Assembly: GCA_004764695.1 (NCBI GenBank)
Contig: SMSO01000005.1
Location: forward strand, 1,426,001 to 1,490,000
Direction: 5' to 3'
Source: Schizochytrium sp. TIO01
Taxonomy: Eukaryota > Protista > Bigyra: Labyrinthulomycetes
DNA length: 64,000 bases
Shown here: positions 1 to 11,500 of the stretch, one piece after another
Layout of the letters: the number at the start of each line of letters is the position of its first letter
Numbering within the stretch: the first letter of the stretch is position 1
Made by a program: the position numbers and the translations under genes
The notes under the pieces: model-generated
The model's input: only the letters and a program-made list of their open reading frames with translations
Databases searched by the model: none
Told to the model about the DNA's origin: nothing

Positions 1-564
1 AACCTGAGTTTATCTTGCTTTCGAGCGCCACTCGGGCCAGCGTCGTCTACGTCGCCCACACAGAGCAGATTGCTTCAAACTTTGTTTCTAGTCACGCCCA
101 GGTCCAATGCTTTAGTAGTTTATATAGACGTCGTGTTCATGCAGGCGGGAACGCCCGAATTGAGGCGTCACGGGTCGATGCGGCACAGTTTTGGCAGGAG
201 GGATAAGCAAACGCCACGGCACGCGATAGCGTGCGTTGGTGAAGCCGTTGGGGGATCTCTTATTGAGTCTTCGCGCCAATTGGCGGCTGCCTTTGAAGCT
301 GTGTGCGAAGACAGCTTCGCGGAAGCTGGTGTACTGGAGCTGAGCGCCAGAAAAGGAAATGGAAAAGAAATAGAAGGAAAGTACAGGGAGCGGTAGAATC
401 GTCATTTCGTTGGAGAAAATCCAACGAATATGACCCTTCGTTCTTTCTTGTGTCTGAGGAATCCAAGTGCGAGCGGCCTAAGATGGTCTCGCTCACTGTT
501 ATAGAGAGAGCTGCGCATGCGTCGTTATTCCAAACCACGCAGGAATGAAAGAATCAAACACAAA

Positions 565-671
565 TGAGACAGAATGGCTACGCGGAAGGTAATTCATACG
601 AATGTAGCGGCTTGCAATTGAGACAGAATGGCTACGCGGAAGGTAATTCATACGAATGTAGCGGCTTGCAA
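565..671. repeat. 54-bp direct tandem repeat, 2 copies
   Basis: TGAGACAGAATGGCTACGCGGAAGGTAATTCATACGAATGTAGCGGCTTGCAA starts at 565 and again at 619. Confidence 0.95.
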
Positions 672-2266
672 AATTGCCGCGACACCTAGAAGGATAGAGG
701 TAATGTAATATTGAACATGCTGACCAGAATTTAGAAGTCAAACCTTCAGATTGTTTGTTTAGAAAACACCAGCTGTATATATGGTGAGGTTTGAGTTTAA
801 GCGGTTTACTTTTACATAATGGGAGATTGGAATGTCAAGAGCTGAGAGCACATATGCGCTCACAATTTATCTCGAGTGGGAGACTTGGCATCACCGTCGT
901 ATTGTTTGAGTGTTATTGTTATGTGGAAACAATCACTGTTGCGTTTCTATAATAGATCTACTTTTGACTCAGAGTTCAAGCTAAGATCTCATGGAATAAG
1001 GACTATTTATAAATCCTTTTGTGTTACTGTTCCACTTTGTGTTTGACGGTTATGTGTATTGGAAAGAAGATAGTCCCTGCTTAATTGTCAGTGACAAGTT
1101 CAATGGCTTCACTGAGTCCAAGAGCAACCTCATAGTTGGTGGGTATGCTGGTTGCGAAGATGTTCATAGTACATCTCAGCCTAAGAAACTAGACGTGAGT
1201 TCTTGAAGATGTAGAGACCAACAGAAACGATATATTACACCATGAATCAGTCTCTACCCTAAATTTGTCGTCCATTTTGCGCAATCATACTGTAGGAGTT
1301 CCTGTAGATGTAGGCCGGACGAATGAACTGTCCGTTTCGAGATTTAAATGTTAAATTCATCCAGGTAAAAACGCAGATAGTAATGATGTTAGCGATTTGT
1401 TGTGCATATTAGCTACAAACTTCCCATAGAAGACCAAAACTTGGACAATTTCACGAGTATGATACGTACAGAACATGAGAAGAACTGAACGAGTTGCTAA
1501 AACCAAGAAATCCGGAACCTGACGTGAGAGCAAATCTAGTAGGTATTGAACGAAACACCAGTTTAAAACCGTGAGACAGATCAATGCATAGTTCCTTGTG
1601 GCAAATTTGTGCAAAGGTGCTTCAGTCGTCGCCAATGTTTGTAAAAGCGGAAGCGACAGGATTGTTCAGAAGCGCAAGTTGGATGGGAGAAATTCTCGAC
1701 TATAATATTTATTACTGTGCTTTTGTGGTTCGGAGAGGGTATCTTACAAGTCGATTGACAAAGGCGGAGGTGAAGTGACGGTGGGTCTGCACAGTATTTA
1801 TGCTTGAGCGTCAGCCTTGGAATTTGTGGTGAGTTTGTTTATGCAGTGGTTTGAAAAGAAGGAAAGGAAAACATCTGCAAGAGTTCGGCGTTTTCCCGGC
1901 TGAGGGAAAGAAGAATGTGAGAGTTTGAGGGTCCTAGTCGAACAATCTTCAGCGATATGAGCTATGATTTCATTTACATTCATATGTGCGTGCCACCAAA
2001 CGTACCACGTCTTCTCTTAAGGGGAGATCTGTGCGAAATTCGTTGAAAAGGTCTTCAAACAACGAACACTACAATTTGTGTGAACAATTACAGGCTTTGA
2101 TTGAAATCATGGTTTCCTGTGCGAAGGGTTTTTCCTGGAGAAAACGTTGCTGACGGAAGACTTCGTCAGCGAAGGGCTGGCGATGAATTGCAAATTAAAG
2201 AAATGTCGAAGTCCACCAGCCTCAGCAAACATTCTAATAGTCAACTAAGCTTAGCTAACTTGAACT

Positions 2267-2274
2267 CACTTGGT
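2267..2274. repeat. Left target-site duplication CACTTGGT
   Basis: Identical 8-mer at 8511-8518, immediately outside the right TIR. Confidence 0.92.
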
Positions 2275-5200
2275 GGCTCATCTGCCATGCTGACGTGAGC
2301 TCAAAAAAAAAACTCGCGGGGGGGGGAGAGAACATAGGAGAGAACAGGCGAAAATCTGGGGGGAAATTCTACTTTTCCTCACAAAATCATTGTGTTGGCG
2401 AGTTTTTTGATATGCATTTTATAAGATATATGGCTTTAACTGTGGGACGCGGCATGACATTTAGCTTTTAATTTAAAACTCTTTATGAATTTTGTTACTG
2501 GTTTTAGCAAGAACACTCAGTGATAATCTTCCTCTAATTCCACTGAAAATAATTAAGTGTATCACCACTGGGTCTCCTCACAAGGATGTTACATATTTCT
2601 GGTAAACTGGCACATCCACCTCAACGAATACTACGCCGACGTTTCACTGATGCAATTTAATACTGGACTTTGATGGTGGTTAAGCTCGTATTCCTTGGGC
2701 TCGAATACATGTGCAAAGAGACTTGGAAATATTCACTGGATGATCAGGGCATATTAAATGATACTTTGAGGTAGCGAAACTCAACAACGAGGTAAACATC
2801 AAACACGAAAATGATGCAATTTTCATCACGTTGCAAGCTTCGCCAGGCGACAGCCACTCCCGGGGACAATGATCAGGAATCCTTGAGTCATGAGGATATC
2901 AGAAAGGATCTGGAAGGCTTAAATGAAAGCGCTAATGTAGATGAGGAGAAGCGCGAGACTACGATCACCTTAATCCAACAAAAATTTATCGACAGCTGCA
3001 AAGACACACTTGATAAAATGGATATCAAAACATGCCAGTCCCTGTACGACATTGTTCCTGATGGGACAATCACTTGGCTCCAGAAACCCAAACTGCCGAA
3101 AGTAAAAAGAGGTCAACAAATTGCACCAGAGTACTTTCACCAGCGCAGCGTTGGGTTATGGCATCCAGCAAAAATGTATGCGTCGATGAACAATCGCATG
3201 CCATGTCCATACTGCAACCAAAAAGCGCATTTGGGTGAACCTCTTGTCAGCGTCTCTGGTGACGATGGCTTCTGGGCACCAAATTACCGAGAGATTGCTG
3301 GTGCGACTGCAAATTGGTTTCTCGTGGCTCGAAAGTATAAATGTAAAAAGTGCAATAAAGAGTTTCGCAATACAAGTGAGGATGTTCTTCGTTTGTGCCC
3401 TGCTGACGTACGGATACGCTTTGGCCTGACCTTAACCCCACGCCACGGGATTGAAACAGAGGTTAGCCAACGTCTCAGCCAATTGTGGTTGAAAAGTCCC
3501 GCGTGGGCTGCAGATGCTTTCAATGAGGCTCAGGTACGGAACCATAATCGTCTAGAGTACTTTTACTATGCATCAAGCTTAGGAGAACACACTCGGCGCT
3601 TCGATGAAGCTGGCCCCAATACAATCCCAAGTTTTTTTCAAAAGCAAGCAGTGAACTCGACAAATACGCTCAAATCTAAGATTCAATTCCAGCCCGAAAA
3701 ATGTTCTGCTGAGGTTTTGAGAAAGGAGACGGCTGCTCGTGAATTACTGGAATTTGATTTAAAGCAAATCAAGAGTTTGGGAGAAAAAAAGATTAAAATC
3801 CTAAAGTCTGCTCTCAATATCTCTACAGTTGTTGATGTCTTCCATGAGCTTAAGAACATCCTAGATACAAAAAACGGCGAGAAAATCAAGCAACTCAGCA
3901 CTGCTCGACGTGAGAGGGACCGAACGAGGGTTATAGAGGGTTGGAAAGAACTTTTGGAGACTACAATCAACCAGATACTCCGAGAAAAGGACTTACTGAG
4001 CGTGGAGTATGCTCGAATGGTTATCCAGCAGCGCAACGAGCGACTTGCCCGAGACAAGATCAATAAAGAATCTGCCGAGCAAGCAGCTGAGCAAGCGAGC
4101 AAACAGGTCGACCAGACAAATCAATCAGCATCGTGCTCAAATGAAGAAGAAACGCAAGAGAAATCAATCACGGCTCCTGAAAATTTTGGCAACTTCGACA
4201 TGGAGTACAACGGATATCGATTAAGCTCCAAATTTCTCGACGAATTATGTATTGACCAGTTTAAAGGAGAGGCAAGACCTTTGCTTCGCGAAATTGCGTC
4301 ATACAGCGCCAGGTATATCGCTATCGATTGCACGTTCCGGTTTCCCGAGCGCTGTAAACTTCGATTCCAAGACCAAGACAAATCCTTTAGGATATACCAG
4401 CCATATCAAGCCCTACTCACAATCAGTAACGAACACAACCAGATTATATTCTATTGTGGGTTGGCGAACAGTGAGAACGAGAGGGAAATAAGAGAAGCTT
4501 TAGGACGATTCGTCAAGCTACGCCAGGAAATGCATGGTCGGGATTACCGGCCTGAATGTATTTGGACAGATACATGTTGTGGAAAATTAAATAAATGCCT
4601 ATCACAAATTTTCAAGGGAGTCCCCATCAAGCTCGATTTGTTTCACTGGCTCAAGCGTTGGGAGCAAATAATGGTGAAAAGCAGCAACGAAAGCCGAGCA
4701 CCTCGTACTGCATTCATGACTGCATTAGCAAACGCTGTTCTTCAGCGCGACCACAAGCGAGTGAAGCAGGTTCAACAGGAACATAAGAGTAAGAGCAACT
4801 TCACAAAAGATCGGCTTATCAATCAAGCTGTTGAAACCCGAATCCCACAACCAGAGGTTCTATATAAGCGCATCATGGAAGTTTTTAAGACTCACTATAT
4901 TATGAACTCGAAGATGGATCTCAGTGCTGACCTGCTTCATCGCGTACGAGAGCGTTGCAAACCAAGATCTGGTAACGCTTGTGTAGAACATTTCGGACCC
5001 TATCCAAATGGGTTTCGGCATGGATTATTTTTATCTAAGACCGCCACAGGGGTTGGCCTAGACAAGTATATTGCAGGCCTTTTTGAACATGTTCATAAGG
5101 GCTGCTTGAGCGACCCTCCAGGTCTCGTTCTACAGACTAAAATCAATGGCAAAAATCATCTTGTGGGAAATAGAGGTACTAATGCAAATGAGGTGTTCCA

Positions 5201-8200
5201 TCGTATGTTGAACCAGGCTGTTGCAAGTGCTACCATTGGTATTGTTCGTGCTGACGCGCTACTCACCAAAGTGGTTGCTAAATACAATCGTTCCAGAATG
5301 ATTGAGATAAAAGGTTTACCTTCGTATTTAATTCACCAACCATTCAGCCACCACCTCACGATAAACTCCCTCGTCAATGATGCGTTCAATGGTAAAATCG
5401 AGCATAATGAGCTCCCTTATCCAGATGCACGACTGCCTTTGTGCGTTTCTCATGACTTACATATGGGATTCAGCATGATGCCAAGTGTTGGTTCTGTTTT
5501 GGAGTCTAATCATATAATGAGGACGCGAGCCACTGTGGTGCCGATTTTCTTCGACAGCACGGAGAACTCAACACTGGCGCATGCCGTAGAGCAAGCCATT
5601 GCTGTGATATTTGCCTTTGCAAAAGCTCTCGCACGACCAGAACATAAAAGAAAAGCCATAAGTTACCTCCAGAAAGTTCTTCGAAAACTAACGGGAGGAG
5701 GGGTACCCACCGAAACAGATCGATCAGTCCTCGACGAGGCTGGCATCGATAAAAAATTGAAAGACCACATCAGCTTGCGCCTGATAGCAATGAATATACT
5801 AGTAAACGGCAGCCTTTTCACTAAAGGAGAGAACGGTGACAAGCCTGAACCTCAAGGTGATATTGGTGTTCAGAGAGTCCTTTCAACTTGTGTAGAAATT
5901 CTTGAAGATTGTATAAGTACAGACTCTGATTCTGAGGAATTTAAAGAAAGGATCAAAATATCGTGCGTACAGTTAGAACCGCCTGAACACGAGGATGACC
6001 CAATATCAGAATTAGTGGTTGGTAGCTCAAACGCTGATATTCATCTGCACATTGGATGTTCTGTTCGAAAAAATATTACAAATCTTCCAAAAGCGCAGCT
6101 TGCTTCTGCGCCAAGGGTAAAAAAAGGCTTGTTCCCTGCCGAAGAGGCAAGGCCTGACCGTACCCGTTGGATTGCATTCTGTGAAGATCCTTTGCCAAAT
6201 CGATCTGGAACCTCTCTGACTGATGACGTCTCGTGGGAGAGAGTTCTCAGCGAAAATAGTGGGGATGATGCCGAGCAAACGGTGGAATGTAGGAAGAAGC
6301 AGCAGCAAGTACTGTCGGCATCTTATACAACTTGCGGCATAAAAGGCTCTGGTTGGGCCAGACCTCGCCCCAAGGACCTCATAGGAGCTAGCACGCCTTG
6401 CCCATTCAAAATGAAAGGTAAGCCCGAACAGCAGGACAAAGTGGAGCAAGACTTTTATTTATATCTTCTTAAAACCAAAAACTTCAATCGAAAAGCTGCG
6501 CCCATTCTGTCTAACAGCTTCGAAAGCTTTGCACAGTTGTGGAATCGATACGCTTGTCCTGCAGGGGATCTTGACGGTCTTTTCCTTCCGAAGCTTGATT
6601 CCGTGCAGATCTCTCATCCGGGCGACTTGAGGGAATATCTGAAACCAAAGACGGCGTTCCTACTCAGGCAATATGCAGATTTTCTGAATCAGAGAGATAG
6701 CATTTCTGCCAAAAATCGAAAACTAATGCTAGCGTCCAAGTTAGAGCACATGACTGAGCCATTGGTCGACGTACCTGTTACTGCAGATGGTGCTTTGGTG
6801 CATCCCTTGCATCTATTGGAAAGTATCAGAGAGCTGGACTATTCAACACGTTGCAATCTGGAAGCGAACATCATAAACGAAGAACTCCTCTCTCGGCATC
6901 CCTCTCTGGAACGATTTGACACAGCAGAGTTGAGGTCAATTATGACGAAGAACTTCCCCCTTGCACCTCAACAAACCTTTTTCCAATTCAAGCATTTGAA
7001 AAGTAAACGAAAGAGCATCTGGCGAGCTCCTGAAAATCTGAGCAAGTGCAAGTACTGTCAGTCTTGCTATGCACCAAGAGAAGGGCACCCCACGCCATTT
7101 GGCGCTGAGTGCAAACTTCAGACCTGCGAAGCAACAATTTCTGCCCTGGACAGTTTACCACCCACAGACTTTTTCGGGTCTGAAAAAAGAAGGGCTCAAG
7201 CGATAGCCCCTAAAGAACATACTGTAGATGTCCCCAAGGTTGGAAATGTACGCGGTGTCAAAATGCAACCAAGACAAGGAGGACCTGTGCGAACGTTTAA
7301 CTCAAAATGCACAGCGTTCTGGAAAGCTTCAGCAAAGGTGTTCAGTCTTCTGAAGAGCTCCATTTCTCCCAAGCACTCTGTTTTTACAAGTGGAAAACAC
7401 TTTGTTCATTCAAACAACATCACTATGAATCATACGTTTCTAGAGTTTGGCATGTGTCAAAGGCTGTTCTTAGACTCTCATGGGAACTTGCCATGCTCCG
7501 AATCAACTAACCCCGAATCTTTCGGGGAACCTTTATCATGGATGCAAGGGGATGCAATGGATGCATGGTGTGCTACCTGCTGCGAAGAAAATCGCGTTAT
7601 GAAGCCTGCAGAAAGAAAGAAGTGTCACGGAACCGCATTTGTACCTAGCACCGCACTTCAATTCCTCACAAGTTCGGTAGATGACCGACACGATTTGTTT
7701 ATATCGTCTGTATGCAATGCGATTGCAAATGCCACACCAAGAGGCCATTTTCAAAAGGACAGCTCCTCAACGAGGTCAATCTATATTCCAGATGTCATTG
7801 AATATGTTATGCTACCGTTTTGTACAGGAAGTCATTGGCAGCTTCTTTATTTTAACCAAAGGCAAGCGCGTGTTGTCTTTTACGACCCATTAAGTACCTT
7901 GCATGAACCGAGCCACGTGATGAAAGTATTTGGCGATGCCATCCGTCTTTTTGGAGCTGAAGACTGGGAGATCGAGATTAGGCGAGGCAACCAAAAAAAC
8001 GGTGTGGATTGCGGATATCACGTATCTACTCTAATGTATACTTTATGGCGTGGAGATGTAGCTGAAGAAGTTGCTCACCAGGAAATTCAAGATGAACATA
8101 TGAATGAAGTTTATCGTAGGGCATTTGCGATGGACATTGTTCGTGGAATCTGGAGGGTTTACAATATTTCATATTTACAGGTCTATTGGGCAGCCAGATC

Positions 8201-8510
8201 TGACGCAAGGGGGTCTACGCATTTAAATTTAATCTTAGCTGCGATCAAAAATCCCAACCAAGCAATGTCAAGTCAAAGTCAAGCTCAAGCGCCTCAGATT
8301 TCAGCGACTGAGTTTTCAAGTCAAGTCGCCGTTACTGTTAGCTAGACTCATATAATATATAAGAACTAAGAACAGAACACCGTTCCAGAACACCCTTGAG
8401 AACACTGTTCTAGAACACCAATGAGTCTCCCATATTAATTCATAGGCGTTCTAAGCGCGAGTTTTTTGCTCTTTTGGAAGAGAGACTTTTGTCAGCATGG
8501 CAGACGAGCC
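2275..8510 (+). mobile_element. Autonomous DNA transposon (DDE/DxxH class; Dada/Zisupton/KDZ-related) with 20-bp TIRs and 8-bp TSD
   Basis: Left end GGCTCATCTGCCATGCTGAC (2275-2294) matches the reverse complement of right end GTCAGCATGGCAGACGAGCC (8491-8510) at 19/20. CACTTGGT flanks both sides (2267-2274 and 8511-8518). The ends enclose one 1844-aa transposase ORF. Confidence 0.93.
2811..8345 (+). CDS. Transposase (N-terminal CxxC..CxxC Zn-finger, HhH motif, DDE core with DxxH) fused to a C-terminal Ulp1/C48 cysteine protease
   Basis: Uninterrupted 1844-aa ORF between the TIRs. Motifs: CPYC...CKKC; IAIDCT (D506), IWTDTCC (D587), LDLFH (D609/H612), GCLSDPP, RGTNANEVFH (E794); CKYCQSC..H..C cluster. 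Protease motifs: WMQGDAM, GSHW (H1675), FYDPL (D1692), QKNGVDCG (Q1728/C1734). Family assignment is from recalled motifs, not a search. Confidence 0.88.
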   Translation: MMQFSSRCKLRQATATPGDNDQESLSHEDIRKDLEGLNESANVDEEKRETTITLIQQKFIDSCKDTLDKMDIKTCQSLYDIVPDGTITWLQKPKLPKVKRGQQIAPEYFHQRSVGLWHPAKMYASMNNRMPCPYCNQKAHLGEPLVSVSGDDGFWAPNYREIAGATANWFLVARKYKCKKCNKEFRNTSEDVLRLCPADVRIRFGLTLTPRHGIETEVSQRLSQLWLKSPAWAADAFNEAQVRNHNRLEYFYYASSLGEHTRRFDEAGPNTIPSFFQKQAVNSTNTLKSKIQFQPEKCSAEVLRKETAARELLEFDLKQIKSLGEKKIKILKSALNISTVVDVFHELKNILDTKNGEKIKQLSTARRERDRTRVIEGWKELLETTINQILREKDLLSVEYARMVIQQRNERLARDKINKESAEQAAEQASKQVDQTNQSASCSNEEETQEKSITAPENFGNFDMEYNGYRLSSKFLDELCIDQFKGEARPLLREIASYSARYIAIDCTFRFPERCKLRFQDQDKSFRIYQPYQALLTISNEHNQIIFYCGLANSENEREIREALGRFVKLRQEMHGRDYRPECIWTDTCCGKLNKCLSQIFKGVPIKLDLFHWLKRWEQIMVKSSNESRAPRTAFMTALANAVLQRDHKRVKQVQQEHKSKSNFTKDRLINQAVETRIPQPEVLYKRIMEVFKTHYIMNSKMDLSADLLHRVRERCKPRSGNACVEHFGPYPNGFRHGLFLSKTATGVGLDKYIAGLFEHVHKGCLSDPPGLVLQTKINGKNHLVGNRGTNANEVFHRMLNQAVASATIGIVRADALLTKVVAKYNRSRMIEIKGLPSYLIHQPFSHHLTINSLVNDAFNGKIEHNELPYPDARLPLCVSHDLHMGFSMMPSVGSVLESNHIMRTRATVVPIFFDSTENSTLAHAVEQAIAVIFAFAKALARPEHKRKAISYLQKVLRKLTGGGVPTETDRSVLDEAGIDKKLKDHISLRLIAMNILVNGSLFTKGENGDKPEPQGDIGVQRVLSTCVEILEDCISTDSDSEEFKERIKISCVQLEPPEHEDDPISELVVGSSNADIHLHIGCSVRKNITNLPKAQLASAPRVKKGLFPAEEARPDRTRWIAFCEDPLPNRSGTSLTDDVSWERVLSENSGDDAEQTVECRKKQQQVLSASYTTCGIKGSGWARPRPKDLIGASTPCPFKMKGKPEQQDKVEQDFYLYLLKTKNFNRKAAPILSNSFESFAQLWNRYACPAGDLDGLFLPKLDSVQISHPGDLREYLKPKTAFLLRQYADFLNQRDSISAKNRKLMLASKLEHMTEPLVDVPVTADGALVHPLHLLESIRELDYSTRCNLEANIINEELLSRHPSLERFDTAELRSIMTKNFPLAPQQTFFQFKHLKSKRKSIWRAPENLSKCKYCQSCYAPREGHPTPFGAECKLQTCEATISALDSLPPTDFFGSEKRRAQAIAPKEHTVDVPKVGNVRGVKMQPRQGGPVRTFNSKCTAFWKASAKVFSLLKSSISPKHSVFTSGKHFVHSNNITMNHTFLEFGMCQRLFLDSHGNLPCSESTNPESFGEPLSWMQGDAMDAWCATCCEENRVMKPAERKKCHGTAFVPSTALQFLTSSVDDRHDLFISSVCNAIANATPRGHFQKDSSSTRSIYIPDVIEYVMLPFCTGSHWQLLYFNQRQARVVFYDPLSTLHEPSHVMKVFGDAIRLFGAEDWEIEIRRGNQKNGVDCGYHVSTLMYTLWRGDVAEEVAHQEIQDEHMNEVYRRAFAMDIVRGIWRVYNISYLQVYWAARSDARGSTHLNLILAAIKNPNQAMSSQSQAQAPQISATEFSSQVAVTVS

Positions 8511-8518
8511 CACTTGGT
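8511..8518. repeat. Right target-site duplication CACTTGGT
   Basis: Identical to 2267-2274. Confidence 0.92.
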
Positions 8519-11500
8519 ATATTTGTCTCTTTCCATATTTTAACTTTTTCCTTTTACCGAGTAGGTCAGTACACAATTTACGAAGGCTTAAGCGCCTAAT
8601 CTGGCGGAGAAAGACGGGGAGGATGCCCATGTTTCAAAAGAATTGAGCTTTGAAAGGAACTGAGATATCAATTGGTTGGACCAATAACCCGAATGATTGT
8701 TCTTAAGGTTCGGTTTCATATATTGAAACGAAGTTTTTAAAGGAGACACTACTTTTGCACTATCTTTCAGTCTTTTTATTCGATTTAAAAAATAAAATCC
8801 CTGTATTTTCAAAGAAACCTTAGTTCTTTGCTAATTTTGAAATAAATATATAAGATTAACAATTTAATAATAATCATAATAATAGTAATAATCATAATAA
8901 TCATAATACTAGAAACAAATTAATAATTAAGGGGTTAATAGATGTAGCAGTTCTCTTATTATTTTCCTTTATTCCTCGCAACTATACTGATTGCCCGCCA
9001 TGATTATATCAATCAAAAGCACGTTGGTTTATTTATTCTAAGTCCTTCCCTCTTGAAACCTATCATCATCCCAAATGCATTTTCCAAGTCCATGCGAATT
9101 TTCTAATCTTCAAAAAGAGAAAAATAACAAAATGGTGAGTTACGGAAGCCCTGGCCACAATATCGGTTATGAGTGTTATCAGTTTGGCACAACATGTTTC
9201 ATGATTAATATGTGCTATAACTCCATATTGTCAGCCTGTCCCAATATAATGGTCCAAGATTCTTATTGTGCACTTTAAAGTGTACTTCGGAGCAAGTCTT
9301 TGCAAAAAGCCCGTATCACCTGAAACGTGTTTATGCCAAAAGCGTCCACCACCAGTTAAAACCTCTGATAAAATAATTTGAGCAGGTACAACTAGCTGAC
9401 ATATGATAAAGCTTTCATCTATGAAACGAGAGAGAAGGCCTAAGCAGGCTTTGTTTTGCTTTGTTTTTTTCAATCAAAGGGGTCACTCAGGTGGCAAATG
9501 TTAAGTACGCCCGCGATCGGCATCCCAATATGTTGGCCTTCATAGAAAGGCTGGAGATGAAAACAGCAATGGTGATGATGCATTTTGGGCTTGAGCGAGG
9601 ATATCACCATAAGTATTTCTAGTAAGCTGCGGTTAACTAATGCCACATTCGGTTTGGCTTTGGGCTATATATTTGGGTAAATGGTTGGTTGGATTTGGCT
9701 TTCAATTAAAATATACAACATCTAAGGCTGGAAAAAGCTGCCGGAAGCTGCCGGAAGCTGTCGAAAGCTGTTTCATCATGAGGACCATATTCTCTGCGCT
9801 CGTGAGGATTCCAACCAAAATAGACCATCATCGTAAAAGCTTTGGTAGCATCAGTCTCGCCGTGATCATATTAGTATCAATTGATTGCTAGGGCCAATCT
9901 GGAGGTGAGTTACAAATCAGAGAAAGTAGTAGTGATAGGTTCCTGAGAGATTGATTGTACTTCGTAGATCAAACTATCAGTAACATAACATATCCATTTC
10001 TTTGATCCTTGCGCTCAATAGTTTGCCGAGCTATCATAAATGAGTGAGCGACATATGGTTAATAAACTAAAGCAATGTGAAAGGCTAGTGCTGTTTTTTG
10101 GGGGGCTTGGCTGAGCCTGTAACTCCATTTTTCTTGGTTTAGTTTGAACGGTTGTTATTAAATTTTTAATCAAAAATCACTATCTACCTTGCTGACTTAT
10201 TTTATGATCATTCATTCCAACTTCCTTATTTACATTTACATAATTTTTTATTTATTTATTTTTTAAGTTTAAACATAGCTAATGATAAATAAATAAAGAA
10301 GCTAAAACGTTTTTTGTTTTTTTTTAAATAAAGGAAAAAGGAAAGAATGAAATATTTTATTTTAAGTTTTTCCTTTTTTCCCCCTTTCTTTTTTCAATAT
10401 CTAAATATATATTTTAAAGAAATACATAGCAATAATAAGAGCGTTTTCAGCTCCCTTCGATTCTGTGAAATGGTTTTATCGATTGTCTGATCTTGATAGT
10501 CATTGATTGATTGTCTATGGAGACGCAATCGACCAGATCGTTGGGTGTCGTCGAGAGAGCACAGGGGCCGGTCCAGACGTCCCAGCCACTGGAGATCACA
10601 GCAGCAAGAGCAGATAGCCGCGATCTTTTCGTCTCAAAAACACGCAAAGTAAAGTAAAGTATAATTGTGAAAGGAAAGATGAACCAGGCATAATTACTTT
10701 GTGACTTGATTTCCAATGCGCATCTTCGTCATCGATCGCAACATACGCGGAGTCCAGAAGAACTTGGCACGGGAAGCGGACCTCGTTAATTCATTCCTGC
10801 CAGTGCAGGTCAACTTTTGTGTGGTGTGACAAAAACTGCACCCCGATCAACTCGGATACGATACACATGCAGGTCCGCAACTGGTAGATTGCAACGATCG
10901 AACTTACTTGCATCGCCAGCGAGTGCCTGCCTGTTTGTTTGCCTGCCTCAAGTCGAACTTCAAGTTGAATACCGAGTGGCTAAGTTAGCAATGACGACTG
11001 CCTGGGCAACGCATTCTACCAGTTGGTCCCATGGAGTTATGGGCTCGCCTGAGCTCAAGACCAAAAAGCCTTGCTCGGAGCTCAAGACCAAAGCCATGCT
11101 TGCCTAGCCGCTCAAGCAGCTGCCTGCTTTCTCACGGGCTAGGCGCCAGCTTGCGTTCACGCTTGTGCATATGCCTACGGCCAGGAAGATAGATCGATAG
11201 CTACGCTGATCCTCGCAGTGCGGTGCCTCCTCCCGCTTTGCCTCGACCCGGTTCAACCGCTGCTTTGCCCATATGAGGAGTTCTGCGTCAGCTCGAGCTG
11301 CATGCTCTTTGGCAAGCAAGGAGCACAGACGGCAGGCACAGCAGCACCCGACAGTCACTCTGACAGTCACTCTGACCCTCAGTCAGTCAGTCAGTCAGTC
11401 AGTCAGACGCCAGGACTCTGAAACGAGAACCGACTGACAGCGCAGCGGCCTCGACGACGATGAGGCCTCCCTGCAGGACCTGCGTGCATCGAGTCGAGAG

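Noticed and set aside
1-396. 3' end of a gene entering from the left edge (frame +1 is open from base 1)
   Set aside because: No recognisable motif; cannot be supported without upstream sequence.
2221-8560. Insertion of the transposon into a tRNA/snRNA gene (Dada-style targeting)
   Set aside because: The rejoined flanks (...CTTGAACT-CACTTGGT-ATATTTGTCTC...) show no cloverleaf, A/B box or snRNA motif I can recognise.
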